NCBI GenBank assembly: GCA_037447605.1
Contig: CM074811.1
Span: 1,860,001 to 1,924,000 of the forward strand
From: Zygnema circumcarinatum SAG 698-1b
Lineage: Eukaryota > Plantae > Zygnematophyceae
Direction of reading: 5' to 3'
DNA: 64,000 nt
The notes beneath the pieces are model-generated. The model was not told the origin of the DNA, ran no database searches, and saw only the letters and a list, made by a program, of their open reading frames with translations. This document shows positions 41,657 to 53,917 of the stretch, piece after piece. Both the position numbers and the translations under genes were made by a program. The stretch's first letter is position 1. The number at the start of each line of letters is the position of its first letter.

Positions 41657-42284
41657 TCAAACGCTTCAAAGCCTCGCCGCGCTGGGCCGCAAAACAGATG
41701 ATGATCGCAGCAGCAGCGGCAACCAGGACCTTACAACATTCCTGAGCGCTGCCTGCAACTGCCTCTGAGGGTGCCCTTCAGCCATTCTATACGCTGCACG
41801 GCGAGGGAGGACCGTCGATTCCAGCCGGCATCGGACGGCCGAGTGCGCTTGCATGGGTCCAGCGGGGGCGCGGCATGCCGCCGGCCTCCCATGCAGTCCG
41901 GGCCACACTGTCACGGGTCACCTATTGACGTGACGTGACAGGCAGTGCCACGACGATCGCGTGAGCCTCCATGCGTGCGGCATGCGACGCAGAAGCACCA
42001 CTCGTGCGTTGTTGATCGTCGCAGTATGGAGATCGTGTCGCAGGCTAGCCCTCCTTGCGACGCCATTGGTCGCAGGCTCGCGGCCGGGCCCGCCTCGCCT
42101 CCGCTGCGACCGTACCTTTCCTCGACCGTACCGTATGGTTCCCCACTCCGCGATTGACCGTACGGTGTACTACACCCCTGCCGTACAATGTGTATATTTG
42201 GGGTCAAACATTTCAATATACGGCATGCAGGGATCGAAGAAATGTCAAAGGAGGGCCGCTAGGAAAAATCAGAAACGAGAAACG

Positions 42285-42435
42285 AAAATCCAGAATCCAG
42301 AATCTAGAATCCAGAAACCAGGAAATCAGGATCAAGAATCAAGAACCTACAATCCAGAATGCGGAATCCAAAATCCAAAAATCAGAGAAGCAAAAACCAG
42401 GAAATCAGTATACCCGAAACCAGAATCCAGAAACC
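42285..42435. repeat. Degenerate 7-mer (AATCCAG) minisatellite
   Basis: AATCCAG/AATCTAG/AATCAAG/AAACCAG units. Confidence 0.7.
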
Positions 42436-43361
42436 ACCGCGCTGCGTGTACGGGTGGTAGCTGTTTTCTAGCACATTTTTCTCGGCTGCATTCCTTTTCT
42501 TGTCTCTCGTCTACTTAGGGTTTGTCTTGGTCTTTTGTAGAGAAAAGATGGGCAGAGGTTGGCAGTTTTATGTTTATTATGTGCAGCACCACCGATGAAA
42601 CAACCCGATGCCTTCCGGAATCATCCTGGACACAATCAGAGGTGGATATCAATTTTATAATGGAGAAACAAGAAAACCAACCCGGATAAGATTCAAATAA
42701 CATACTCTCGACCCACTCCAGAATTAACTCAGTTAACGACACCTGAAAAGTACACAAAGGCACCTTCTGACATCATAGGTAAAATCTGGACTGAACAGCT
42801 AATCATAGATCACCTGAGCCTCATACAACCAATTTCTGACTTACTACCGAGTGCACACTTCGCAGTTCCTGAACTGCAGGAAACTATTTCGCAGACAGTT
42901 AACAGCCTTCATAAGAAGCAGCAAACAAACCCAAGCACTGAAGCCGACACACGTATAATAGCATTCATCCTTAGAAAGATTCTGGAATAATTCCACAACT
43001 CCTGCACATAAATACACACATAAATAGACACAGTATACTGCCCAATAAAAAAGATTGAAATGGCAGGACAGACAAAATCAGCACATACCACGACCATGAC
43101 GAAAAGAGAATATGGATGAGAGAGCAGCTCCAGCCACATGAACACCAAGAACAAAAGGATAAACAATCGACCAAGCAACATCTCCGCAAGAAACCACTCC
43201 AGAATATTGAAGGTATAAAAGTAATACACCAATACATGAACTAGCAGCGAACTTTCTCAATTATATTACATAAACACTGCTTTCTCTAATTCACAAACAG
43301 TCCTATCCCGGCAAAGGCCTTAGGAACTGCATCTGCATGGCTGTGTAGCTTACGTCAATCC

Positions 43362-44516
<1,155 letters not shown>

Positions 44517-45536
44517 TTAGGGACGTACAAGCAAAGGCTTCACTGACAAGTAGACAGGCACTTCGGAACAGCAGCAGCAGCAGCAGCAACAGCACTAACA
44601 CAACTACAGGTAGGTGCGTCCTCCAGCCATTATATATCCAGGCAAGCGAGGAAGAACCGTCGATTCTCGATGCCATCGGACGGCCGAGTGCGGTTGGTGG
44701 TGGACAGGGCGGGTCCGCGTCAGCATGGCGGGCGGGGCGACGTGCCGTCCAGGCGCGAGGCCGACCCGCCCACGTGCGCAATACGCCCGCCGCCAAGTCG
44801 GCTAGCCGGCCCAGCCACATGATGCAGGCCCAGCCACCCAGGCAGCCGCCGTCTGACTGGCTGGCTGGCTGGCTGGTCACTGCTGACCTGTCTAAGCGGA
44901 TTCAATAGGGGGTTCAGACTTAACACATGGCCAAATCAATTTCGTAGGCCTGCCGGGCTTATTTCGCTTTGGCAAGGTACGCATTTCGGTACGGCGGAGC
45001 CGTGGATCCCGATCCGAAATTCGTACACGAAAAAAGTGACTTTTCGTATACTGAATTCGGTAATTTCGTTCGCTCCGCGCTAAGTCTGATCCCCCCTACA
45101 GTACAATATTCAAGTATAGCCGGTTGTACGGAAATTAGATTTTTTTGGCATAAAAATAGGGAGACTGGTGACCGTGTCGGTGGCCTTCCGCCGCTCCCTC
45201 GTCGCGATGTGCCGCACATCGGTGACCTTCGCGGCTGCTTCTAGGGGCTGCGCTGTGCGCCTAGCGTCGTTTTCCACTCTTATCTTCTACCTTTTGTGCA
45301 TAGGTCCATTGAGACCAGTCCCTCGTGGTTCCACATGCTGCTTTGTCCATGTACATTTGATGACCCCGCCATCGTTAGTTCAATGAAATATCCCTGCTCC
45401 GTTTTTCACACTTGTTTTGGCTAGATACAGACCTTTTTTCGCTGGGCAGTATTTTAGAAAAAAAGGGATGTTTTCATCCAAAAAAGGGCTGAAACAAATA
45501 CTACCCGAAAAAAAAGTGTTAAAAACGGAAAACGCT

Positions 45537-46105
45537 TTTTTCACACCTTTATTTTTGTCTAGATACACACCTCCTTTCGTCGAACAGATTTTACTTTAGA
45601 AAGAAAAGAGCTAAAAGCCCTCCGAACCCATTTTATTTTGAGTGCGTCTGCCCCACCCCTTGCAAGCAGTTCGCGCAACACAATAGGAGAGGTCAAGACG
45701 GGTTCGCCTCCTGCTTATTTCGTCGCCTAATTTTATGCAGTGTTCTTCTTCCAACAAAAACTTGAACAACATGGTGAGCCCATGTGTTGGACAGTTCGGA
45801 AGTTCTAACGATTAGCACTCAGGCGGTGTTCCTTATGTTGCTGGCAATAATAATGGCTTTCATGGTCCGCAGCAATGTTGGATTCTCTCAGAGATCTGAT
45901 GTCGCTGGCAATGCTTGCGGAACTCCGATCACCTCTTGTCGCGTAGCGAACTCCATCTCCCATTGCGTTGCACGAACTGCTTGCAAGGGGGTTAGGGCAG
46001 ACGCACTCAAAATAAAATGGGTTCTTTAAGGTTTTTGAGCATTTTGTTTAAATAAAATCTGCCCGACGAAAAGTGGTCTGTATCTAGCCAAAAAAAGTGT
46101 GAAAA
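45537..46105. mobile_element. Non-autonomous foldback/Mutator-like element with about 150-bp imperfect inverted repeats
   Basis: 45537-45690 is the approximate reverse complement of 45956-46105 (shared GAACCCATTTTATTTTGAGTGCGTCTGCCC and CCCCTTGCAAGCAGTTCG). An extra copy of the outer sub-repeat lies at about 45402-45460. No clear target-site duplication seen. Confidence 0.65.
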
Positions 46106-47244
46106 TATCAGTCTCCTTCAGATATTATCGCCATCCCCAGCTCCATTCCAACTCTTCCAGGTTCCGGCGGTCACCGCGGTCGACGCCTGCGAACCAACGG
46201 GGCACCAGGATTTGCGCGTGGCATCGTGAAGGATCTTCGACAGCCACGTGGCGGCGCACAATTGGAAAAACGCCTGTCTCCTGGTCGCCGTTTAACAGAA
46301 CGGCCTCGTCCGTAAAACTCGTTTTCGGCCACGTCCGCGCCCCGTTAGCGCCCCGTGGGCGCCACGTGGTGGCCCGACGCGGAAGGAAGCCAGGTGGACC
46401 ATTCATAATTCGTCACGTGCCGACTATCGGCCAGGTTCGCCAACGAGGAATAATAGGCGAGTCAAGATTGCCTCTCCACAGATCAAACCTCGTGCTGGCG
46501 TGGCACACGCTCTCGAAGATCCGATCGGACCGACCAGTGCTGTACGGACGGACAGACAGCGCTACATGGACCATTCCTAGCCCGCCACGTGTCCAAAGTC
46601 GGCCGTGCCGGGTCCAGGGCAGCCCTCGCCATGAGAACGGATCCAAAACAAATTTGCAGAAAGGGAACCTCGATCGCATCGCACGGCAGCGACGCCATTG
46701 GCGCCAGGGCCGCCTGGTGGCCCTGCAGGTATGGATGGAGGAAGGGAGGAAGGCGGACCGGGAGAGAGAGGCACCCTCTGCCCTAATCCCGCCCGTCCCA
46801 TTCTCCTTCGAACAGGACGACCCGCAGTGCCAGACACCAAAATGAAGGTGAAAATGTTCCAATTTCTGACGGAAGGCAGCTCATAACATTCCTTATCACA
46901 AATTTCAACTTATCACATATGTCGATATTTGAAACGCGATTATGGTCTGCTGCCCAACCAAAGGCCGCGATCGACTGTCTGCATGACGCCGCAATGCCAA
47001 CGAGAAACGAACGCCAACGACAAAACATCCATGCATCCATCCATCCCCCAAGCGTGTCTTTATGCATCCCCTGTGCATGCCTGCCATGGTAGGTCCACTT
47101 CCTCATCATGCCATGCATGTGCAGGTACGCGCACTACTGTTGAGCCATACTAAATTTGACCGCCTCCTCCTCTGAAGGTGCCGAGGGAAGACAGGCGTCA
47201 CGCGCCCCATTGGGCCGCTCTCACATGCGACAAAACTCGGATGC

Positions 47245-47475
47245 CTACGTGCACGTGCTGCTTGTCGGGACGCAGACTTTGGCCGCGGTCGTGTACTGCG
47301 CCCTGAGGGTGTCCAGAAGCTTCTTAGAGCAGGGCTTGCCGTTGTTCATCTTCTTGAACGTCTCCTTCTTCGAATAGCACTCCTTCAAATTGATGCAGGT
47401 GTGGCTCGCCTGCAGATTGATGGGCTTCCCTTTGCAGCCCTTCCCCAGGCCCAGATCCGCCGCTTCAAGGCACAC
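47245..47475 (-). CDS. Cys-rich terminal exon (VCLEAADLG...KVCVPTSSTCT*), probably belonging to the LRR-EGF-extensin gene
   Basis: CAG acceptor, 76 codons with strong GC3 bias and 7 Cys, TAG stop. The splice phase to the Pro-rich exon needs an unresolved intermediate exon. Confidence 0.55.
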   Translation of the reverse strand: MCLEAADLGLGKGCKGKPINLQASHTCINLKECYSKKETFKKMNNGKPCSKKLLDTLRAQYTTAAKVCVPTSSTCT

Positions 47476-48319
47476 CTGCGGGGCAGCGTCGAGGAGACTG
47501 TCAGTAGTAGGCGGATGAAAAAAGATGAATCTTGAAAACAAGGGGGAAACGGAGATTTTCAGTAGCATGAAAAGCATCCGATATTTGAATGCAACAAAAA
47601 ACACAACTGACGTTGACAGCCTTCAGACGAGGACTTGAATAAAAGTCCCGTGGACCCAAGAAAAACCTGCTTATACGCGACTAGGAAAACGAAACAAAAA
47701 GACGATCGAGGAGGGTGAACTGGCGGGAGGTTGGAAGGATCACTTCGCAAAAACGAAAGTCTACTTTGCTTCGCAACGCTTTAGCCTAGCCTGGCCAAGT
47801 GCCAACTCTACTAATCTTAGTTCAAAACCATCAGCACATCCATCAAATTCCAATTAACATCCTGAAAGAAGTAGACACTCTAACGTGAATGTGAAGTTTA
47901 TTAGACATTTTAACATCTCCTCGAGAGTGGTGCAAGCTTAAGGTTGTGCCAATGACTAGGGTAAAGGGAGTGGGACCCTGACTTGTTCCGCACAATAGCA
48001 TTGGAGATATTATACATTACTTACAAGTGCGCGTTCTGTTGACCTCTAAAGGAATCTGATGCAATAAGATAGCTCTTAGTGTGTTGTGAAGAGGATTATA
48101 ATAGATCTCTAGTAAAAATAAAACCAACTTCCCATCAGATAGCCTAATGATAACAAAACAAAAATTGACTGCAACGCAACTTTGTAGTGATCTTCAATTT
48201 TAACGATTGTGCAGACTCGAATCCAAACATTCCAAAATGATCAATAGAAAGACAGGAGCAAACTGTAATACTACGCAGTAGAAGCCATGGGAGGTGGCAA
48301 GGAACAAGGCGAAGAGTAC

Positions 48320-48772
48320 CTGCATCGGTAAGGGGAGGAGGAACTGAAGGAGAAGCGCTCGAAGGTGGACTTCGAGGGGGGAGTCGAGGGCTAGGAAGAG
48401 GTGGACGCGAGGGAAGGGGAGGAGGAGACGAGCTTGGAGGGAGTGGTGAAGGAGGAAGGGGTGGAGGAGACGAGCTTGGAGGGAGTGGTGAGGGAGGAGG
48501 AAGGGGTGGAGGAGAAGAGCTTGGAGGGAGTGGTGAAGGAGGAGGAATGGGTGGAGGAGAAGGGCTTGAAGGGAGTGGTGAAGGCGGAGGAAGGGGTGGA
48601 GAAGAGGAGCTCGTAGGGGGTCGCAGAGGAGGGGGTCGAGGACTGGGAGGAGGTTTACGTGGAGGTGGGCTTCGAGGAAGAGGTGGACGTGGAGGAGGAG
48701 AGGGGCTCGGAGTGGGACGCCGAGGAGGAGGTCGAGGACTCGGAGGAGGTGGACGCGGAGGGGATGATGAAG
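48320..48772 (-). CDS. Pro/Ser-rich extensin-like exon
   Basis: Phase-1 join from the EGF exon gives ASSSPPRPPPPSPRPPP...SPPPLPPPSPLPP...VPPPLTDA. CAG/GT boundaries. Confidence 0.8.
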
Positions 48773-49409
48773 CTGCAGTATTTCAGGGCATTTTATGAGT
48801 TCCCGTTCATTACTAAATATGGACACACTTCTTCCATAGATTACATATTTAATCATAACACGTCCTTACAAACGTTCTGGGAAGGTTCAGAACGAAATCG
48901 AAACCATTCAGAAGAAAGTAAACTTACTTCAAGTCTTTTCACGTGATTTTTCATCATCTGCATCTCCACGGAAAATCAGATCCCTATGTCACTTCTCGAG
49001 CTACGCAATTTTTTTTTTGAAAAGTAGCAAGGTCAAACTCGCAAGTTATCATGCTACTGCAAATGGAGCCGAGATATGTTGTAGCTTGCACGGGATTGGA
49101 ATGGGTCGAGAAGATTATCAAAAACTTCAACCATGATATCGGAGCGGCACCCTCGATTCATCCTAATATACTCTGCGCCATTTACTGCATGAGCTTGCAG
49201 AGTTCACCAAGTAATACTTGCGATATGATTCTAGAAGTTTGAGAATTGAACCTCTTCTATTGGCAGAATCACATGGATCGCATTCAGTGTGCTCTACCAG
49301 CAACGACAGTGTAAAGTCGATAGTTTCCACAACCTATGCCACCCTTTACTTTTCCTTTCTTGCGGAAAGCATATCCAAGCATATCTCCAAGCAGCAGGCT
49401 GCAACTCAC

Positions 49410-49741
49410 CACACGTGTCCGATGCCAGCGCATATCCCTTGTCGCATGTGCACGTGGCCGTGTCGTACCCGCACGTGCCGTGGCTCCTGCACGCTCCCTT
49501 TGGAGAACCGCTTTGGCAGAAGGCCGCGCAATCGTGCGGAGGTCTCTGCTCGTAAGCTGCGCCACATCCTGTGATATAGGCATAAATGCAGTTGTTGTAA
49601 TAGGATTCGGCGGAGAAGCAATAAGGTTCCCCATTCTGTGTAATGTTGATTCGCGAGAAGTAGTTGCCTTGGATGTCCAGGTTCAGAAAGTAATCGCCCG
49701 AAAGTGTAATGGAGCCAGTCAACTTGTTGTACTTTAACCAC
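49410..49741 (-). CDS. Exon with the last LRRs, a Cys cap and an EGF-like domain
   Basis: WLKYNKLTGSI, LDIQGNYFS, then CAAFC...CRSHGTC...CTCDKGY...C. CAG acceptor and GTGAGT donor. Confidence 0.8.
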
Positions 49742-49914
49742 CTGATGACATTATGAATGGTGCGTTAGAAAGAGAGAGAGAGAGAGAGAGGAACTTTCCA
49801 ACAGAATCCGTTCAAGTCTTCCTTGTGTCACAGCCCCTAAAAACATTGACTTGTGCTGTCTGCAAAGTCTCTGACTCCATCTTGACGACCCTACGCAACC
49901 TTCAGCCTTCAAAC

Positions 49915-50095
49915 AGTGAACCCCTAAATCTCTAAGCTTTTCCCTACATCCATTCTACCTGCAATCCCATAAACCCTGAACCCACTAAACCCCCATAGCT
50001 TCTAAATCCTTTAACTCATAAGCCGCTAAGCCCCTCGAACTTTATGACCTACAATTTTAAGCCTAAACCCTAACCCTAATCCGTAAACTCTAAAA
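49915..50095. repeat. Degenerate telomere-like (CCCTAA/CCCTAAA) tract in an intron
   Basis: CCTAAACCCTAACCCTAAT core with many decayed units. Confidence 0.6.
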
Positions 50096-50675
50096 TCTCT
50101 CGCATGCAAAGTGCAAGTTATTGCACGTCAAAAAAGCCCGCGCCGTGATTGAAGTGACCAAAAATATGACAGAAGTGACCAAAAATATGAGATAAACCTA
50201 ATACTCATGCGAGCGCGAAATAAATGTAATTGTTTGAGAGGTACAAATGCCCGGCCGAGGGCAAAAAATCCAACTGCAAATACAAGGTTATCGATGCAGC
50301 GGTGCTCACAGCTGTTGCAGTTGGGTGAGTTTAGAGATAAAGCCAGACACTCTCCCCTCTAGTTTGTTGCTGTCCATGTCCCTACAGATATACATAACGA
50401 AAAAAAGCTCAGCGAAAATAATAAGGTTGGTTCTGGACAGGAATAAATGAGGTATTCAACTCCACGTTCTATAGTCGAATTCTCAATCGCAGTCTCACAA
50501 AAACGCAGTGGGAGATTAAAAATTTACTCGTATATAAAAACCAAAAGTGAAATCAACTATGCGGCAAAGATTTACCACGCAATCATGGATACACAACATC
50601 GAAAGTTGCTGCTTTGCAAGATGCCATAAGTCACTGCACTTATAATTTCAGAAAAAATGCCATACAAATCCATAC

Positions 50676-50732
50676 AAATTCACGAGGTTCCCAATGGAGT
50701 TCGGGATGACGCCCTCAGAATTAGTAAAGCGT
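50676..50732 (-). CDS. Short or degenerate LRR exon (RFTNSEGVIPNSIGNLVNL)
   Basis: Plant LRR signature GxIPxSIGNL, CAG acceptor, in-phase GTATGG donor giving 57 bp. Confidence 0.6.
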
Positions 50733-51174
50733 CTGCATGTGAATTAGCATCAACCGATCTTCATAAAAAGCTTCACGAGCTCAGCAGATGTTTTGCGGCA
50801 AAAAAAGAAAAGAAAAAAAAAATGAAACTCGGTTGAATGATTGCTCATATGCAAACCGATGCTCGAAGTTGCCACGTGCCAACCGATCAATGAGCAGCTT
50901 CGCGGCATCTCCTCCTCCATGGAGGGCTCTACGCAGCATATGGCATGGAGGAGGAGATGCCGCCAAGGGCCACGTGCAGTTCACACGGGGGACATGACGT
51001 GACACGACACGGGTCCTCTCAAGGGCGGAAGGCACCGCTCGCAGGCACCCCCAGGAGGAGGAGTGGCGCAGGGCAGAATCTGAAGTGTATCTGGCACTGC
51101 GACGTGATTGGTTGGAAGATTCTTGACACGTCAGTGCGATCTGATACGGGGCGAGAGGCTTTCAGCTTCTTAAA

Positions 51175-51890
51175 TACTTACAATTCAGAAAGATGCGCAA
51201 GGTTGCCGATAGAATCCGGGATGGACCCCGTGAGGGAATTCGAAGACAAGACTCTGCCCAAAAAAAAAAAATATAGGAACTGAATAAACATGCTGCCACG
51301 ACTAGCATTTCTATCCCTTGCATTTTTCTGTCTGGCATGTCTATCACTTTTATTTCAGATTTACGGGGAAAAATACTCACAATACCTCCAGATTCGCAAG
51401 GTTGCCGAAAGAAGCCGGGATAAACCCCGTTAGGGAATTATAAGACAAGTCTCTGCCAAAAATGAAAAAAAAATAGGCACTGAATAAATATGCTGCCACG
51501 ACTAGCATGTCTATCACTTTCATTTCAGATTTATGGGGAAATGTACTTACAATATTTGCAGATTCGCAAGGTTGCCGATAGAATCCGGGATAGACCCCGT
51601 TAGGACATTATTATGCAAGTCTCTGCCAAAAACAAAGAAAATGGGCACTGAATAAACACGCTGCAACGACTAACATTTCTATCACTGGCATTCCTCTGTC
51701 TGGCATTTTTATCACTTTCATTTCAGATTTATGGGGAAATATACTTACAAGTATTGCAGATTCGCAAGGTTGCCGATAGAATCCGCGATAGACCCCGTTA
51801 GGGAATTAGAATCCAACCGTCTGCCAAAAATACAAAAAGGGCACTGAATAAACATGCTGCCACGACTAGCATTTCTATTACTGGCACTTC
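51175..51890. repeat. Tandem 170-200 bp exon+intron repeat, 4 copies
   Basis: Introns share CTGAATAAA(C/T)A(T/C)GCTGC(C/A)ACGACTA and ATTTCAGATTTA(T/C)GGGGAAA. Confidence 0.92.
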
Positions 51891-51977
51891 ATGGAACGAA
51901 GTAACAATTTTTTCAACTTTTTCAGGTTACCGATGGTAGATGAAATGGTTCCTTCAACGCCGTAGGACCATAAAAAT
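51182..51977 (-). CDS. Array of 72-bp single-LRR exons: 51182-51253, 51381-51452, 51551-51622, 51749-51820, and 51906-51977 (atypical splice sites)
   Basis: Translations VLSSNSLTGSIPDSIGNLAHLSEL, DLSYNSLTGFIPASFGNLANLEVL, DLHNNVLTGSIPDSIGNLANLQIL, RLDSNSLTGSIADSIGNLANLQYL, FLWSYGVEGTISSTIGNLKKLKKL. The first four have GGCAG acceptors and GT(A/G)AGT donors, all phase 2. Confidence 0.9.
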
Positions 51978-52165
51978 CCATGGCATGACATGACTAGCAT
52001 TTCATAAGGCAGGTTAGGAGGGAGAGCGTCAGAAGAAGAAAGGGCCGCGGGGATAATACTGTGAACATCCCAAACATACAGCACAAGATTTTCAATGATT
52101 ATCAGACTTGTCTTTAGAACTTATTTATGAGCAACAATATTGACAATTGAAGGGGGAATAATACT

Positions 52166-52435
52166 ATGATAGACTATATCAAGTCTACGGTGCGAAATCG
52201 AAACAAAATTCGTCTTTTAGAAAAGAACCAATACACTTTTGACGTAGATACTAAAGCCACTAAAACTGATGTAAAACGTTGGATAGAAGGTGTGTTCGGA
52301 GTCAAAGTAATAGGTATGAATAGTAAACGACTTCCAACCAAACAAAAAAGGAGAGGACTAACCGCAGGTTATCCAGTACGTTACAAACGCATGATTATCA
52401 CATTAAATTCAACAGACTCTATTCCAGTGATATAA
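52166..52435 (+). CDS. rpl23: Plastid ribosomal protein L23 (copy 1)
   Basis: IRLLEKNQYTFDVD...FGVKV..MNS...YKRMIITL. G-rich Shine-Dalgarno-like sequence upstream. Confidence 0.9.
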   Translation: MIDYIKSTVRNRNKIRLLEKNQYTFDVDTKATKTDVKRWIEGVFGVKVIGMNSKRLPTKQKRRGLTAGYPVRYKRMIITLNSTDSIPVI

Positions 52436-52470
52436 ATACACTGAGATATTGAACTTACTTATTTTTTATT

Positions 52471-52867
52471 ATGGGCATTCGTTCGTATAAAGCTTATACA
52501 CCGGGAACACGAAACAGATCTGTATCACAATTTGAAGAAATAGTTCAATCTAAACCAGAAAAGCAATTAACTTCCGGACAGCACCGCAAAAAGGGTCGTA
52601 ATAATCGAGGGGTTATTACTAGTCGTCATAGAGGTGGTGGTCACAAAAGATTGTATCGTTATATTGATTTTAAACGTGATAAATATAACATGATTGGACG
52701 TATAGTCAGTATTGAATACGATCCAAATAGAAACGCACGCATATGTTTAACATCTTATTCAGATGGAGAAAAAAGATATATACTTCATGCGCGTGGAATA
52801 GCAATAGGCGATCAAATTTTGTCTGATCCAACTGCTCCAATTTTACCAGGAAATGCTTTACCTCTGA
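52471..52867 (+). CDS. rpl2: Plastid ribosomal protein L2, exon 1 (copy 1)
   Basis: [39 protein letters not shown], followed by GTGCGG. Confidence 0.92.
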
Positions 52868-52940
52868 GTGCGGTATGAATCGTAAATTTACCTAGTCGGT
52901 AATTCTGATTCCGACTTGGCCTACAGCGCGGTCAATTAAT
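52868..52940 (+). mobile_element. 5' end of the rpl2 group II intron (truncated by gap; again at 54315-54387)
   Basis: GTGCG group II 5' consensus right after GNALPL, the position of the land-plant rpl2 intron. Confidence 0.8.
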
Positions 52941-53612
52941 NNNNNNNNNNTTCGACAACAAACAGATTGTTTATGCTATTTATTGTCAAATATAGGCATC
53001 AACAATTTCAAAAGATTTCGTTACAAATGAATCAACATAGTTAACAATTCAATTTATTATTACCCAAACTGCATTGCATTATCTGTTTTCTATTGTATAT
53101 ATTTTCCAAACCATTCTTTTTGTTGTGTAAAGATCATATAATAAGAAAGAGCAAGATTATATTTTGAAAACACTATTAGTCATGTGCTCAATTTTATTAA
53201 CGAGACTGAATACAATCTTTTTGAAAGATTGTATTATTTTCATTGACAACGATTAAAGCCTAATTGTGTGAACATTTTTTAACAGAAGGTGTTAAAAATA
53301 AATTAGTAGTGTTACACTGAAGACTATTGATAATGAGACTACGTGACTTGACATGATATAGAATATTTGTACATTATGAAGTGTGATATTGAAAACAAGT
53401 AACCAAACCACCAGTCATGTTTTGAGTTTGAAAATTCAAGTTTTTATAACTTCCAGTATTATGCAATAAATTAAACCAACACTGTCGTAATTTTATTGGA
53501 TAATACTGTGAACATTCCAAACATATAGCACAAGATTTTTAATGATTATGAGACTTGTCTTTAGAACTTATGTATGAGCAACAATATTGACAATTGAAGG
53601 GGGAATAATACT

Positions 53613-53882
53613 ATGATAGACTATATCAAGTCTACGGTGCGAAATCGAAACACAATTCGTCTTTTAGAAAAGAACCAATACACTTTTGACGTAGATACTA
53701 AAGCCACTAAAACTGATGTAAAACGTTGGATAGAAGGTGTGTTCGGAGTCAAAGTAATAGGTATGAATAGTAAACGACTTCCAACCAAACAAAAAAGGAG
53801 AGGACTAACCGCAGGTTATCCAGTACGTTACAAACGCATGATTATCACATTAAATTCAACAGACTCTATTCCAGTGATATAA
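53613..53882 (+). CDS. rpl23: Plastid ribosomal protein L23 (copy 2)
   Basis: Same as copy 1 except T14 instead of K14. Confidence 0.9.
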   Translation: MIDYIKSTVRNRNTIRLLEKNQYTFDVDTKATKTDVKRWIEGVFGVKVIGMNSKRLPTKQKRRGLTAGYPVRYKRMIITLNSTDSIPVI

Positions 53883-53917
53883 ATACACTGAGATATTGAA
53901 CTTACTTATTTTTTATT

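Larger units (their letters stand above)
52051..52940 (+). other. Plastid-derived DNA, copy 1 (NUPT or mis-joined plastid sequence)
   Basis: Abrupt switch to AT-rich DNA, contiguous with the nuclear LRR intron on the left. Ends at an N gap. Confidence 0.85.

Noticed and set aside
46099-46862. 248-aa and 149-aa ORFs
   Set aside because: GC-rich stop-poor region, Arg-rich translations and no recognisable motif.
48200-48946. Leu/His-rich and Glu/Gly-rich ORFs
   Set aside because: Alternative frames and strand of the Pro-rich exon; splice phase selects the SPPP frame.
51175-51890. CRISPR-like repeat-spacer array
   Set aside because: Units are 170-200 bp, contain spliceosomal sites and encode LRRs. 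Eukaryotic context and no cas genes.
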